In this document: in pieces, positions 46,241-64,000 of the stretch
How positions within the stretch are numbered: the stretch's first letter is position 1
How the letters are laid out: each line of letters starts with the position of its first letter
NCBI RefSeq assembly: GCF_009914755.1
Contig: NC_060944.1
Direction: 5' to 3' (one strand)
Length of the DNA: 64,000 nt
From: the human T2T-CHM13v2.0 reference genome, Homo sapiens
Program-made: the position numbers and the translations under genes
Notes under the pieces: model-generated
Databases searched by the model: none
Seen by the model: the letters and a program-made list of their open reading frames with translations, nothing else
Told to the model about the DNA's origin: nothing

Positions 46241-47884
46241 TAATTATTGTTATTACCATGCTAACAGGTTATAAACATTGACTGAACTAAGCACCCTGCA
46301 TGCCCGTTCTCATTTAATTTCCTCGCCAAGCCAATGTAGTTGGTGCTATTCTTGGTCCCTCTTGACAGAAACTGAGGAAGGAGGAAGGAGGAGGAAACTG
46401 AGGCCCAGAATCTAGATAAATTTCGAGAAATGGGTGATACAGTAGCCATGCCCTCAGGAAGTGTGGCGTTTGATGGAGGAAAACAGAGGTAGTCACAAAT
46501 AAGTACATTTCAAAACTGTTGTCTAAAACAGGAAGATAATTAGATGGTGTGAGAACATAATTGAGGGAGAGTTTAAGTCCACTTGGAGTTGTCTTCTATT
46601 TGGGATTTAAAATTCATTATATGTTATCCATATTTGTCCAGCTCTCTTTTTGTATGGAATCACCAGATATTATTCCCTTTCTCATTTCCTTTCTCAACAT
46701 TTATAGATTGGAGGGGGGAAGGAAAACCAAACCAGGTTATAATGTAGAATTGGTTTACCCCCTATTTTCTTGACATATAACGTCTGGTTTTCCACATATA
46801 ATTTTCTAGTAGTTCAGTAACATGGACTCCCCCCAAATCAGGCCTACTTAGGATAGAAGAGGATTTTTGACTCCTGGATTTTGCTTTAAGACCAGCTCTT
46901 GGTTTACTTCCTGCTTCACCCTTACCTTTTCTTGACATCCTGTGGCCTCTCTTTGAATTTCTCTCACTCATCAAATGTTGTCAAAAATAGGACTACTTGC
47001 TGCTGTAGTAAGGATATTCTTGTATTGTGGCCTTAGTGTATTACATCACCCCCACGTCAGACTTGAGTCCCCCTGGTTGGTTTGGGTGAGTCAGTTCAGT
47101 ATTAAGCTGGCATTCTTGGATCAAAATTATGTGGCTGTCAGCTAACTCAGCCATTTAGTTGACCTTTGAGGGTACTGTGCTCAGATTGGCATGAGATATT
47201 ATGGGTGTACAGATATATGATGTACTCAAACGTTTTTTGGTATGTTTGGGGACAAAAACATGGTTTGAAATTGGCAAGTGAGAATCAGAGCAAGATAGGA
47301 CACCATCTGGGTGCTCTACTGTTTTGTATTCTAGGTGTCTGGACAATTTAGAGGTGAGGGAGTTCAAGAGCCAGTTTGTGTTTCTGTGCTTCACAAAGCC
47401 ACCCTTGTCTAATTCTTGATAACCAGAGTTTGGTTAGACAGGGACTGAAACAATCCTAGTGCATAGGAATCACCCACTAAATACCTGTTGAATTGAGTAG
47501 GCAGGAAGGCACTATCTGAATTGACTACAAAATTGCGGGTATGAAAAACTGGATTGTATTCAACTAGGTTGGTAAATTTGTTTAGACTTTCAAATTATCT
47601 GAATAGGGTTTATTTGGCCAACCTTATGCATAAATCTGTGTATTCCAACCTTGATAAAATTAATTTATTGCAATTAAGTTTGTCCAGGATTATGTGAGAG
47701 AGTCCTTCATTTCATTTCTTTAGTTACCAGGAGATGTTCAGGGCTCATCTACATCTCCTGGTTAATTTTCCTTCAGCTTTTTCTGTGTCTCTTCCCTAAT
47801 TCTCTTTGAGTTCCTGGGAGAAAGAGGAGGGATATTTAAATGCCCTTTGACATACTTAATTTTCTTTGCTATGGGCAAAGTTAG

Positions 47885-49259
<1,375 letters not shown>

Positions 49260-49475
49260 GTAAGGCAGTGACCATAGGAATAAGGAACATTAATATATCA
49301 GCTTCATAAGTGTTTAAATGACTAATGTAATTTTATAAAGTAACACATATTTTGGAAGGAAATTTATTTATTATGAAAAGCAAAAAGAAAATAAAATCAC
49401 CCACTATCCCACCTCTCAGATAAACCATGGTTAGCCTTTTGATAGATTTCTTTATAATTTTTTTCTATGTCTATA

Positions 49476-50719
<1,244 letters not shown>

Positions 50720-50794
50720 TATTTCATTTTTAAAAAAATCATACACTAAAAACTTTTGTTAATTTTTTTAACTTTTTTTTTTTTTTTTTTTTGA

Positions 50795-50953
<159 letters not shown>

Positions 50954-51158
50954 TAGTAGAGACGGTTTCACCATATTGGCCAGGCTGGTCTCAAACTCCT
51001 GACCTCATGATCTGCCCACCTCGGCCTCCCAAAGTGCTGGGATTGAGGCTTGAGCCACCACGCCCGGCCTCTAATTTTTTTAACTTAATAATCAGGCTAT
51101 GAATATTTTCCCGTGTCATTAATAAATTTTCTTCTCTTTTCTTTTTTGTTTTTTTTGA

Positions 51159-51326
<168 letters not shown>

Positions 51327-51368
51327 TAATTTTAATGGCTATATGGTATTCCATTATTTGGTTCTTTA

Positions 51369-51665
<297 letters not shown>

Positions 51666-51836
51666 CTACTGCAGCCTAGGCAACAGCGAGACTCCATCTC
51701 AAAAAACAAACAAACAAAACATATTTTTAAAAACTTTTGACATGTAACACCAAATTGCCTTGTAGGAAGATTATGCTGATTTACCTAAAACAGTATATAT
51801 TCACATAGGCATAAATGTATAACTTAAAATAGGTAA

Positions 51837-52298
<462 letters not shown>

Positions 52299-53755
52299 TG
52301 AAGGGAATAAATCTCTATAAAATGAAATGACTGCTATTTGACTAGGATTGTAATCTGCAGCCACACTGTCAACCATTACAAACTTTTTCAGCTTCATACT
52401 ATTGGAATATCAGATTACTTTGGGTTTCTACTAAGATTTCCTTTTAGTATTTTACAAAGCTCTCTGTCATTATCTGTCCTAGTAGTAAACAGCATCATTG
52501 ATTTCCATCTAGGTCCTATTAGTCATAGGTGGATTATGGTTTGTTGAGTTCTATGGATAAATTATAGCAAAACTGAGTTTGTAATCCTTAAAAAAGGGCA
52601 ATATGAAACATACAAGTTTGGGAGAGAAATGATAGGAAATATATTTGCTTGAAGTTTCTGGACAGTGATGAATTAGAACAAGTGTCCATGTGTCCTGTGC
52701 TGACTTCTGAGTGTTGGACAGTGAGGGATTGTCATTGGATTTTAAATTGACCCAATTTTGGAAGCTTCATAGATCTGTTTCTGTAAACAGATCCAATTTC
52801 AACATAGAAGTTAGCAAACATAAATGTGGAAACACAAAGTCCATTAAACTTCCTTCAGACTTAGTTTGTGACTTTGATTAACAGTTAAAATTGCATGCTG
52901 GATTATGTTGCCATTTACTGACTGCTGCTAATCCCTTATATACAAGAAAAAAATGTAGGTGTTTTCTCTCTGGGTAAGATGAAAGTAACTCCACTCTATT
53001 TTACTTGTGGTAATGTAACAGGATCTCTTATCCCTTGTGAAAGTAGGAGAGGATGTCCCTGGAGAAATGGCACTGCCTGGGATGGGACCATCTTAACTAA
53101 CTATACTTCTAATGAAGTCTTGTCTTACTCTGTTTATTCTATTATATTACCAGTTTAACTCATGACTTTCTCTTTAATAGAAATAGGCAAGTCATATCTC
53201 ACTGACTGGATAGCAAGGTGTTTGAGAGCATCTGTCACACCAAAGTCTTTGTTTTGCTCAGGAGCTGGTAGTCCCCTATTTCACCCTGCTTAGAATGCAC
53301 CCTCTTGCAGCTTTCCCCAACCCGGTCTGAACCTGCACCTTTTGATTTATAGAGCTTGTCAAGACTAGTTATTTTTGGTTTGAGAGTGAAGAAAGATGGG
53401 AGGCAATGGGAGGTTAATTTCAGATGAATGTGGGAACAGGTTACATTGCTTTGTCTGCAATCTTCCTAATTTGTATTTGTCTTCCCCTTCCATTTATCTC
53501 TTACCCTAGAAAAAGTCAACGTTCATTCTTAGCTTGTAGAACTCCGCAGGTCTGTCTGTATCTTTTAAGTATTTTTTACATCAGGAAACCATCTCTGATC
53601 CTCTTTTATGCTGTTCTCCTTCTCTGCACTTCCAGAGCGCTCTCTGTTAATGCCCTCTTGCAGCAAGGATAGCCCTATATTGTAATTGTTTGCATTCCCC
53701 CATTCAATTGTGCGTTCTTGGAGGGAAGAGATTTTTTTTTGTTGTTGTTGTTTGA

Positions 53756-53959
<204 letters not shown>

Positions 53960-54048
53960 TGACTTCGTGATCCGCCTGCCTTGGCCTCCCAAAGTACTGG
54001 GATTACAGGCATAAGTCACTGTGCCCGGCCGAGATTTTATATCTCTAT

Positions 54049-54049
54049 C

Positions 54050-54093
<44 letters not shown>

Positions 54094-54095
54094 TC
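54049..54095. repeat. Compound (TCTG)n(TCTA)n microsatellite
   Basis: Directly visible. Confidence 0.9.
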
Positions 54096-55436
54096 GTTTT
54101 AGTCTTCGCTTTTTGGAAACAAAAATGGGCTATAAGACACGATGGATGGCATTGAATAGGCAGTTTTTAGAGGAACCTAATTGGTTCATAGCATACAGGA
54201 TAGGCTTTTTCCTTGGGTCTTTGTAGGAATATTGGTCATTAATAGCTATTTTTCCATGCAGAATATTTCTAGTTTTGCAAGAATCTGAAGCTGTGGTAGA
54301 TTCAGATAATTTTGAAATGTGAAGCTGATTCTCTTGCTTGGCAACTTGATTTGTTTGGGGGAATGTGGTTGACGCATGTGCCTTTTTTTTTTTTTTTTTT
54401 TTGGTGAGACCTGTTGACAGAAATTCAATCTTGATTAAGGGACGCAGGAAGGCATCCAGTTCCCACCATGCCTGGGGCTCTCTCATTTAAACAGCTGCCT
54501 TTGGCTCTGGCCTGTTCCATTTCCCACTAGGCCCTGTGGACTTTAATTTTGGAAGATTTCACATCCTCATATTTATTATTTCTGGGGGAGGTAGTGTCGT
54601 GAAACCGAAATTACCCAGTAGTTAGCTTTTCGTTTTCTTGATGTACTTGTCCTATCAGCCTTAATTGAAGAGAGTCAGACTTCTCAATGGATATGTATTT
54701 ATTTATTCTCTTTTTCCAGGGAGAGGGGATGGTCTCCTGAGTTGGCCATTCTAGACCAAAATATAGCTTAAAAGAAGCTTTTTTAAAGAACAGGTCATGT
54801 TAGGAAAATAATATTTTGTTTTTAAAATTTCACCTAAAGATTAAGTGTACTTAGGTTTGCACCCCTCGCCGTTTGTTCCCCACTAATCAAATGTAGTCTT
54901 AGACCTCAGAGGACAGCCTTTCTTCTGCTGCTTGAACCCTCTTCATAGTCTCTTTACTCTAGAATATCACTGAGGTTTTCACTAACCACCATCTTATATA
55001 GAGGAAAAACTTCATATGGAAAAGTATACTTAAAAAAAGAGGAATCAATGGATTTTTTAAAAAATTTATGGGAAGATTCAGATCAGAGCTTTCCAAATAT
55101 ATTTATAACAGGATTTGTAATTTGCTAAAGTTTTCTTTATGAGCATATCAGGGATGCTTAGTTTTCATAAAGGGCAGGATTTGTCTTTGTTGAACAGGAT
55201 CTTATGATTTGATTACCTACCTCCTTTTTGAAGCAATGTTTATAGGAAAACTTGTGCATTAGAGAGACCCCAGATTTTGGAATCCTGCAGACTTGTTCTT
55301 TTAAAACTCAACACTGCTATGTATTAGTTTGGTGATCTTGGAATAGTGTAACTTCTCTGAGCTTGTTTCCTTGTTTATAAAATGGTGATGGTAGCATTTA
55401 TTTATAAAGACATCTATCTATTGTCTATATTGTTAA

Positions 55437-55795
<359 letters not shown>

Positions 55796-56113
55796 TGATC
55801 CACCCGCCTCGGCCTCCCAAAGTGCTGGGATTACAGGCGTGAGCCACCGCGCCCAGCTTAAATGTCTATTTTTAAATAAATAGGCAGTGGATAAGAACAC
55901 CACCTTCGGTGTCTATTCCATTTGGAATCCTGGCTTTACTGCTTCTTAGCTGCATGACTGTGAATAAGTAGTAAATCTCTCTGTGCCTCAAGTCCCTCAG
56001 TATAGAATGAAGATAATAACAGTACCTACTTTATAGGATTATTGTGAGGATTTAGTGAGTTAATACATGTAAGACACTGTCAACAGTGTCTGGCATGTCA
56101 TAAGTGCTCATTA

Positions 56114-56239
<126 letters not shown>

Positions 56240-56548
56240 CTACTAAAAATACAAAAAATTAGTTGGGCATGGTGGCAGGTGCCTGTAATCCCAGCTACTC
56301 AGGAGGCTGAGGCAGGAGAATCACATGAACCCGTGAGCCAGAGGTTGCAGTGAGCCAAGATTGTGCCACTGCATTCCAGCCTGGGCGACAAGAGTGAAAC
56401 TCTGTCTCAAAAAAAAAGAAAAAAGTTAATAGCTGTTTTTATTTTTAACTTTTTCAAATTTATATACCCTTTTATTAAGTCAATGCCCCAGGAATCATTT
56501 TTAGTTCTATATAGAAATCTTATTATTTGTTTATTTTTAATTTTTTAA

Positions 56549-57346
<798 letters not shown>

Positions 57347-58357
57347 TAATAGTCAATTTATAGGCCACGTAAATGGGAAGGATTATTTCCTTAAATCAAG
57401 AGATTAGACAATCATTGCTTGTCATGAATATTTAATAAAAATTTGAGAAAGCTCAGTTTCTTTTGGGCTGCAAACATAGATCTAGGGAAATAAATACTGC
57501 TTAACTATTTTGTTGTTGTTGTTGTTGTTGTCTTTTAAGAGACAGAGTCTCACTCTGTTGCCCACGTTAGAGTGCAGTGGTGCAATCGTGGGTCACTGTG
57601 GCCTCAAACTCCTGGACTCAAATGATCCTCCCACCTCAGCCTCCTGATTAGCTGGGACTACAGGCACACACCACCATGCCCAGCTACTTAGGAGGGGTTG
57701 AGGAGGGAGGATCCTTTGGGCCCAGGAGTTCGAGTCTAGCCTGAGCAACAGGCTAGATTCTTTAAAAAACAGAGATGAAAAAGAAAGAAAAAAAGGATGT
57801 GAAGGGTTAAATTTGAACACTTTCCAGGTAGTTTTCAGCATCATGCTTTGGTGGAATCATGGTTTTGAGGCTAAGTGGGGTTGCTGCGTGTTACATTCCT
57901 GCCTCTTCCTTCCCCCAGCTTTAGTCGTCTTCATTACATTCATGCCTGGGAAGCGTTCCCAGTGACCTGAGTTAGGCATTAAGATCATGGGAATCCAAGA
58001 TTTTCCCATGTCTTCTAGCATATTTGTTCACAAGAAAAGGAAAATTTCCTCCTTGCAGCAAGGGGTTTTTAACCACTGTCAGTACCATGGAATCTTTCAC
58101 TAAAAATCCTTTGAATAGAAATGTGGTCAAGGAGAGGAAAGGTATCAGCAGTGATAATACCTTACAATAGTGTATTTCATAGCACTTGAAGTAGCTTCTT
58201 ATTTGATTATGGTAAGAAGGTAGGCAGAGAATTAGTGACTTGCCTATTGTCATATACATGTGGTAAATGCCAGAGAGGGCATTCTGGACTTCTGTTAGTT
58301 GGAATTGCTTTTGACTACAGGTGACAGAAAATGTGGCTATAATGGTTTATACAATAA

Positions 58358-58665
<308 letters not shown>

Positions 58666-60319
58666 TAGTATAAGAAGTCTTTTTAGCAGGTCATGGAAAA
58701 TTGTAAAAAACACCAGAAGTCTAGAGGTATATAGTAGCTGATATTTGATCTTTAATAGTCATTAGCTCATTGATGTTAAGCCCTATGTTTATTGTTCTCT
58801 TGGCCATCTACTCATGTATACCAGATGACTGCCATAGCTCCAGCTTGCCTTCAAGGCAAGAAGAAGGATAAAGGGAAAGGGCAGGAATAAGGGCTATAGC
58901 TGTTTTCAGGAAAGAAAATTTTTTCCTAGGAATCCCTCAGCAGATTCTTACTTAGTTCTCATTGGCCAGAACTGTCCCATGGCTACCCCAAGCTTGGAAA
59001 GTGGCTATCAGGAGGTAACTTCCATTTTAATGTACTTGCTACTGTTTTGGTCATGGTCAATGAAAAATATTTAATCGTACCTTGACTTCAGCCATGTTAA
59101 TTTCTAATTCTCTATACTTAGAGTTCATACTGTATAATTTAAACAAACTGTCTTATTTATTGTGTATGATAGGACCTTAGCGTCTATGTAGATGTTAAGT
59201 TCCTTTGTGTTCAGGACTACATCTACTTTTTTTTCTTTTTTTTTGAGACGGAGTCTCGCACTGTTGCCCAGGCTGGATGCGGTGGCGTGATCTCGGCTCA
59301 CTGCAAGCTCTGCCTCCCGGGTTCACACCATTCTCCTGCCTTAGCCTCCTGAGTAGCTAGGACTATAGGTGACCGCCACCATGCCTGGCTAATTCTTTTT
59401 GTATTTTTAGTAGAGACGGGGTTTCACCATGTTAGCCAGGATGGTCTCAATCTCCTCACCCTGTGATCCACCTGTCTCGGCCTCCCAAAGTGCTGAGGTT
59501 ACAGGTGCGAGCCACTGAGCCTGGCCGCTTAGATCTACTTTTTGTGTGAAGATATAGAGTGTCATCCTTGAATGTTACTGAGAAACATTCAAGGGCACAC
59601 AGCTTATGGCCCCTAGCAAGTACACACTATTGTGAACCACTGACAAAAAGCTTATTGAGTTAAGCTTAATAATGAAAGTAGAAATGGAGGAGAGAGGAAA
59701 ATTTAGACTGGGGATACCAAAGAACCCCTATTCCAGACAGAAGACTATGGAGAATGGATTTACTTGGAAATAAATACAGTATTCTTTTCTATGCAAATAG
59801 CTTAACTTCATGAACACCCTTCTTTAATTCACAAGGTAAGAGGGCAGAAGGATGTAGAAAGAACATTGTGCTGAAGTCACGAGCCTCAGGTCCAGATCTG
59901 GCTCTGTTTTTACGTAACTGTGTGATACTGGGCAAGTCATTTAATCTTTCTGATCTTCAGCTTCTAGGTTGGGAATAATTGCTGCTTTACAGGATTGTTT
60001 TGCATATCAGAAAGAATACATATTTAGTATATCATGGCACCTGGCATGTAATGAACACCTCTGGTAACTGTTTTTACCATGATCCTTAGGATTTTTGTTG
60101 TGTGATCTTGGAGAACCCCTTTTTGCTTTAAGTTAATATCTTATAGACTGCAAAGGTTAGGTGTTAATCAAAGTTTCCTCCCAATTCTAAAATATCATGT
60201 TTCTACACTAAGTACCTCAATTAGAGCATTGTTATAAAGATACTTGTGGAATTCTGGCTGCAGTGAGCATAGGAGAGACCATGGGAAGATGATGTTCTCT
60301 GGGGTCTAGATTGATGTCA

Positions 60320-60706
<387 letters not shown>

Positions 60707-61768
60707 TTATTTTTATTTATTTTATTTTTTGAGACAGAGTCTCGCTCTGTCTCCCAGGCTGGAGTGCAGTGGTGCGGTCTTGGCTCACTGCAGCCTCCCG
60801 GGTTGAAGTGATTCTCACCGAGTAGCTGGAACTACAGGTGCAGCCACCACCCCAGGCTAATTTTTGTATTTTCAGTAGAGATGGAGTTTCACCATGTTGG
60901 CCAGGCTGTTCTCGAATTCCTGACCTCAAGTGATCCTCCCGCCGCGTCCTCCCAAAGTGCTGGGATTACAGGCATGAGCCACCACTCTCAGCCCCTAGTC
61001 CATTTTGAATTGCCCTAGTCCACTGAGAGAAGCTGTGAAATGCTGGCCAAACCACTGAACGGCTATGTAGGTTGGGAGTAACTAATCTCATGATTCATCT
61101 CAGTGGATAGCTTATGTGGTATAGTTTAGAGAAAATGAGTGCTGCAGTGCCCAGAGTTGGGGAGAGTTTGGGGAACTGGCACACTCCTGGTAATGTAAGT
61201 GGGTGTTTTTTTCTTCTGAGGGACATTTTCACAGTATGTGTCAAGAGCTTTTGACCCAGCAGTTCCACCTCTTAAGATTTATCTTAAGGGAAGAATTATG
61301 GATGTGTACAGAAATTTAGCTACAAGGATGATGCTTTAGCAGTATCTTTAAAGTGAAAATATTGGAAAAAGGCTGAAAATCAAGGATAAGTAATTATGGA
61401 ACAGATACAGCCATTAATTGATATGTCTATATTTATTGACATACAAGAATATTCATAATATGTGAAGCAGATTCAAACTGTCAATGATTCATTTAAAAAA
61501 ATAATAGTTTGTATATATATGAGGGAGAAGACATCTGGAATAGTGTAGCATTATAGGTTTATTTATTTATTTATTTTTGAGCCGGAGTCTCGCTCTTGTC
61601 ACCCAGGCTGGAGTAGAGTGGCGTGATCTTGGCTCACTGCAACCTCCGCTGCCTGCGTTCAAGGGATTCTTATGCCTCAGCCTCCTGAGTAGCTGGGATT
61701 ACAGGTGCCCACCACTGCGCCTGGCTAATTTTTTGTATTTTTAGTAGAGACAGGGTTTCACCATTTTA

Positions 61769-61891
<123 letters not shown>

Positions 61892-62268
61892 TCACCATGT
61901 TGGCCAGGCTGGTCTCAAACTCCTGACCTCAGGTGATCCATCCGCCCTGGCCTCTCAAAGTGCTGGGATTACAGGCATGAGCCACTGCGCCACACTAGAA
62001 AGGTATTAATTTAAATAAACATTTATTCAAGTGATTACTGGCATCTACCTCCCTTCTAAGATACAGATACTTTTAAGTACATGTCGTTCCCTGGATAAAA
62101 ACAAATGGCTGGCCGGGCGCGGTGGCTCACACTTGGGAGGCCGAGGTGGGTGGATCACTTGAGGTCAGGAGTTTGAGACCAGCCTGGCCAACATGGTGAA
62201 ATCCCGTCTCTACTGAAAACAAAAAATTAGCAAGGTGTGGCTGTGGGCGCCTGTAATTCCAGCTACTA

Positions 62269-62397
<129 letters not shown>

Positions 62398-62764
62398 TCA
62401 TTGGGTTTCATTGGCAAATTATTGGCCACTGAGTGTGGCCTTTAGGCTATTTATCAGATTACTTTCAGCTATTTTATTAACTAGATTAGGCTTGAGTAGG
62501 AGCTGACTTTAAACCTTCACAGGTTTCCACAAGATAGAGTGCAAAACTTCGTACGCAGGAGTAGGGAGGGGCCTATTTAACTTGTTCCCTTATCCTTGCT
62601 TCTGTTCCTATGCTGCATGTTGTGACTCTTACGTGTATTTCAAAGTTGTCGTCTTTATACTCAGAAATAGTATTTTTTGAGAATATTTCTAAGAAAAGAC
62701 AACTTATATTTGACAAAACTGTGTTGAACTCTTACTATGTATAATGCACTGTGTTAAGCACCTT

Positions 62765-62792
62765 GATGGTTGGATGGATGGATGGATGGATG
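62765..62792. repeat. (GGAT)n microsatellite
   Basis: Directly visible. Confidence 0.8.
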
Positions 62793-63255
62793 AGGTATAC
62801 ACAAGTGAGTAAAATCTATCTTTGTTTTTAGGAACTTCGAGTCTACTGGGAGAGACATTTACATAGTTAATATAAAATTGGATGATAAGTGTTACAGTGG
62901 AGATATAAACAAAGCACAATTGGCTTTGGAGAGGCAACAATTTTGTATGATAGGTGGAAATTGGGAAAGAGTTCATAGAGATTTGACCTGGACTTTGAAT
63001 GATGGATAAGATTTTGGTTGGTAGGCATAAAAATTAGTGGTGTATTTTAGAAATTGGGTTATTCAGGGCAGAGAGAGAATAAATTGGGCTAGAGGAGGCT
63101 AGAAATGAGAAAATGGTAAATTGAGGGAAAATAATGACATGGTGAATGTAAAACACCTAGCACAGTGTAGATACTTATCAAACTTTGCCTCTTTTAAAAA
63201 ACATTTAGAAAATTTATTTATTTATTTTATTTTTATTTATTATTATTTTTTTTGA

Positions 63256-63417
<162 letters not shown>

Positions 63418-63596
63418 TAAGTACAGAAGAGGTTTTGCCATGTTGGTCGGGCTGATCTTGAACTCCTGACCTCAGGTGATCCACCCGCCTCAGCCTCTCG
63501 AAGTGCTGGGATTACAGGCGTGAGCCACTGCTCCTGGCCTAAAATTTATTTTTAATTTCAATTTTTTCTTTTTGGTTTTTCTTTATATTTGCTGAT

Positions 63597-63721
63597 TACT
63601 TAAAGATAATTTTTATTTTTTTAGAGATAGGGTCAACTACTTACAGATAATTTTTATCTTTTTAGAGACAGGGTCAACTGTTATACTTAGAGATAATTTT
63701 AATTTATTTAGAGACAGGGTC
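63597..63721. repeat. Three-copy ~41 bp tandem repeat
   Basis: TACTTAnAGATAATTTT...TTAGAGAyAGGGTC starting at 63597, 63638 and 63684. Confidence 0.85.
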
Positions 63722-64000
63722 TGTCTATGTTTTGTAGGCTGGACTTGGACTCCTGGTCTCATGTGGTCCTCCCTCCTCCCAAAATGCTGGGATTACAGAC
63801 GTGAGCCACTGTGTCTGGCCCACTTCTTTCTAATTCCAAACATATCTACCTCAAGGAGTATCTTTAAGTTACCTGAAAAACTAATGTTTAGGTTGATTGG
63901 ACAAAGTAAGGCTATTTTCAGTAAATTCTAGGTGGTTTGCAAAATTACAAACGTGGTAGTAAAACCAAAGTAATGATGGGAATTTACTTAGATTTATGTG

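Overview
Human genomic DNA from 20q11.21 containing the 5' ends of two divergently transcribed genes. BCL2L1 (minus strand) contributes about 28 kb of its large second intron (1-28266). It also contributes the first coding exon (ATG at 28830, competing Bcl-xL and Bcl-xS donors, Bcl-x(beta) read-through), non-coding first exons and a CpG-island promoter (~29150-30690). A ~15 kb spacer, mostly Alu, separates it from TPX2 (plus strand): promoter with a ZNF143/ETS/CCAAT/CHR layout, non-coding exons 1 and 2, and most of intron 2. The first TPX2 coding exon lies outside the window. Most of the rest is Alu, L2, MIR, LTR and DNA-transposon sequence, and nearly all ORFs in the supplied track are Alu-derived or chance frames. 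I found no evidence of a new gene or multi-gene system. The most interesting observations are small cis-level ones: a strong-Kozak uORF stopping 2 nt before the Bcl-x ATG, a 16-bp tandem duplication that doubles a splice donor, two in-frame cryptic donors, a repeatedly reused Alu insertion site, fold-back Alu junctions, and candidate intronic enhancer motif clusters. Gene identities, UTR exon boundaries and repeat families come from recognition and memory, not database searches.
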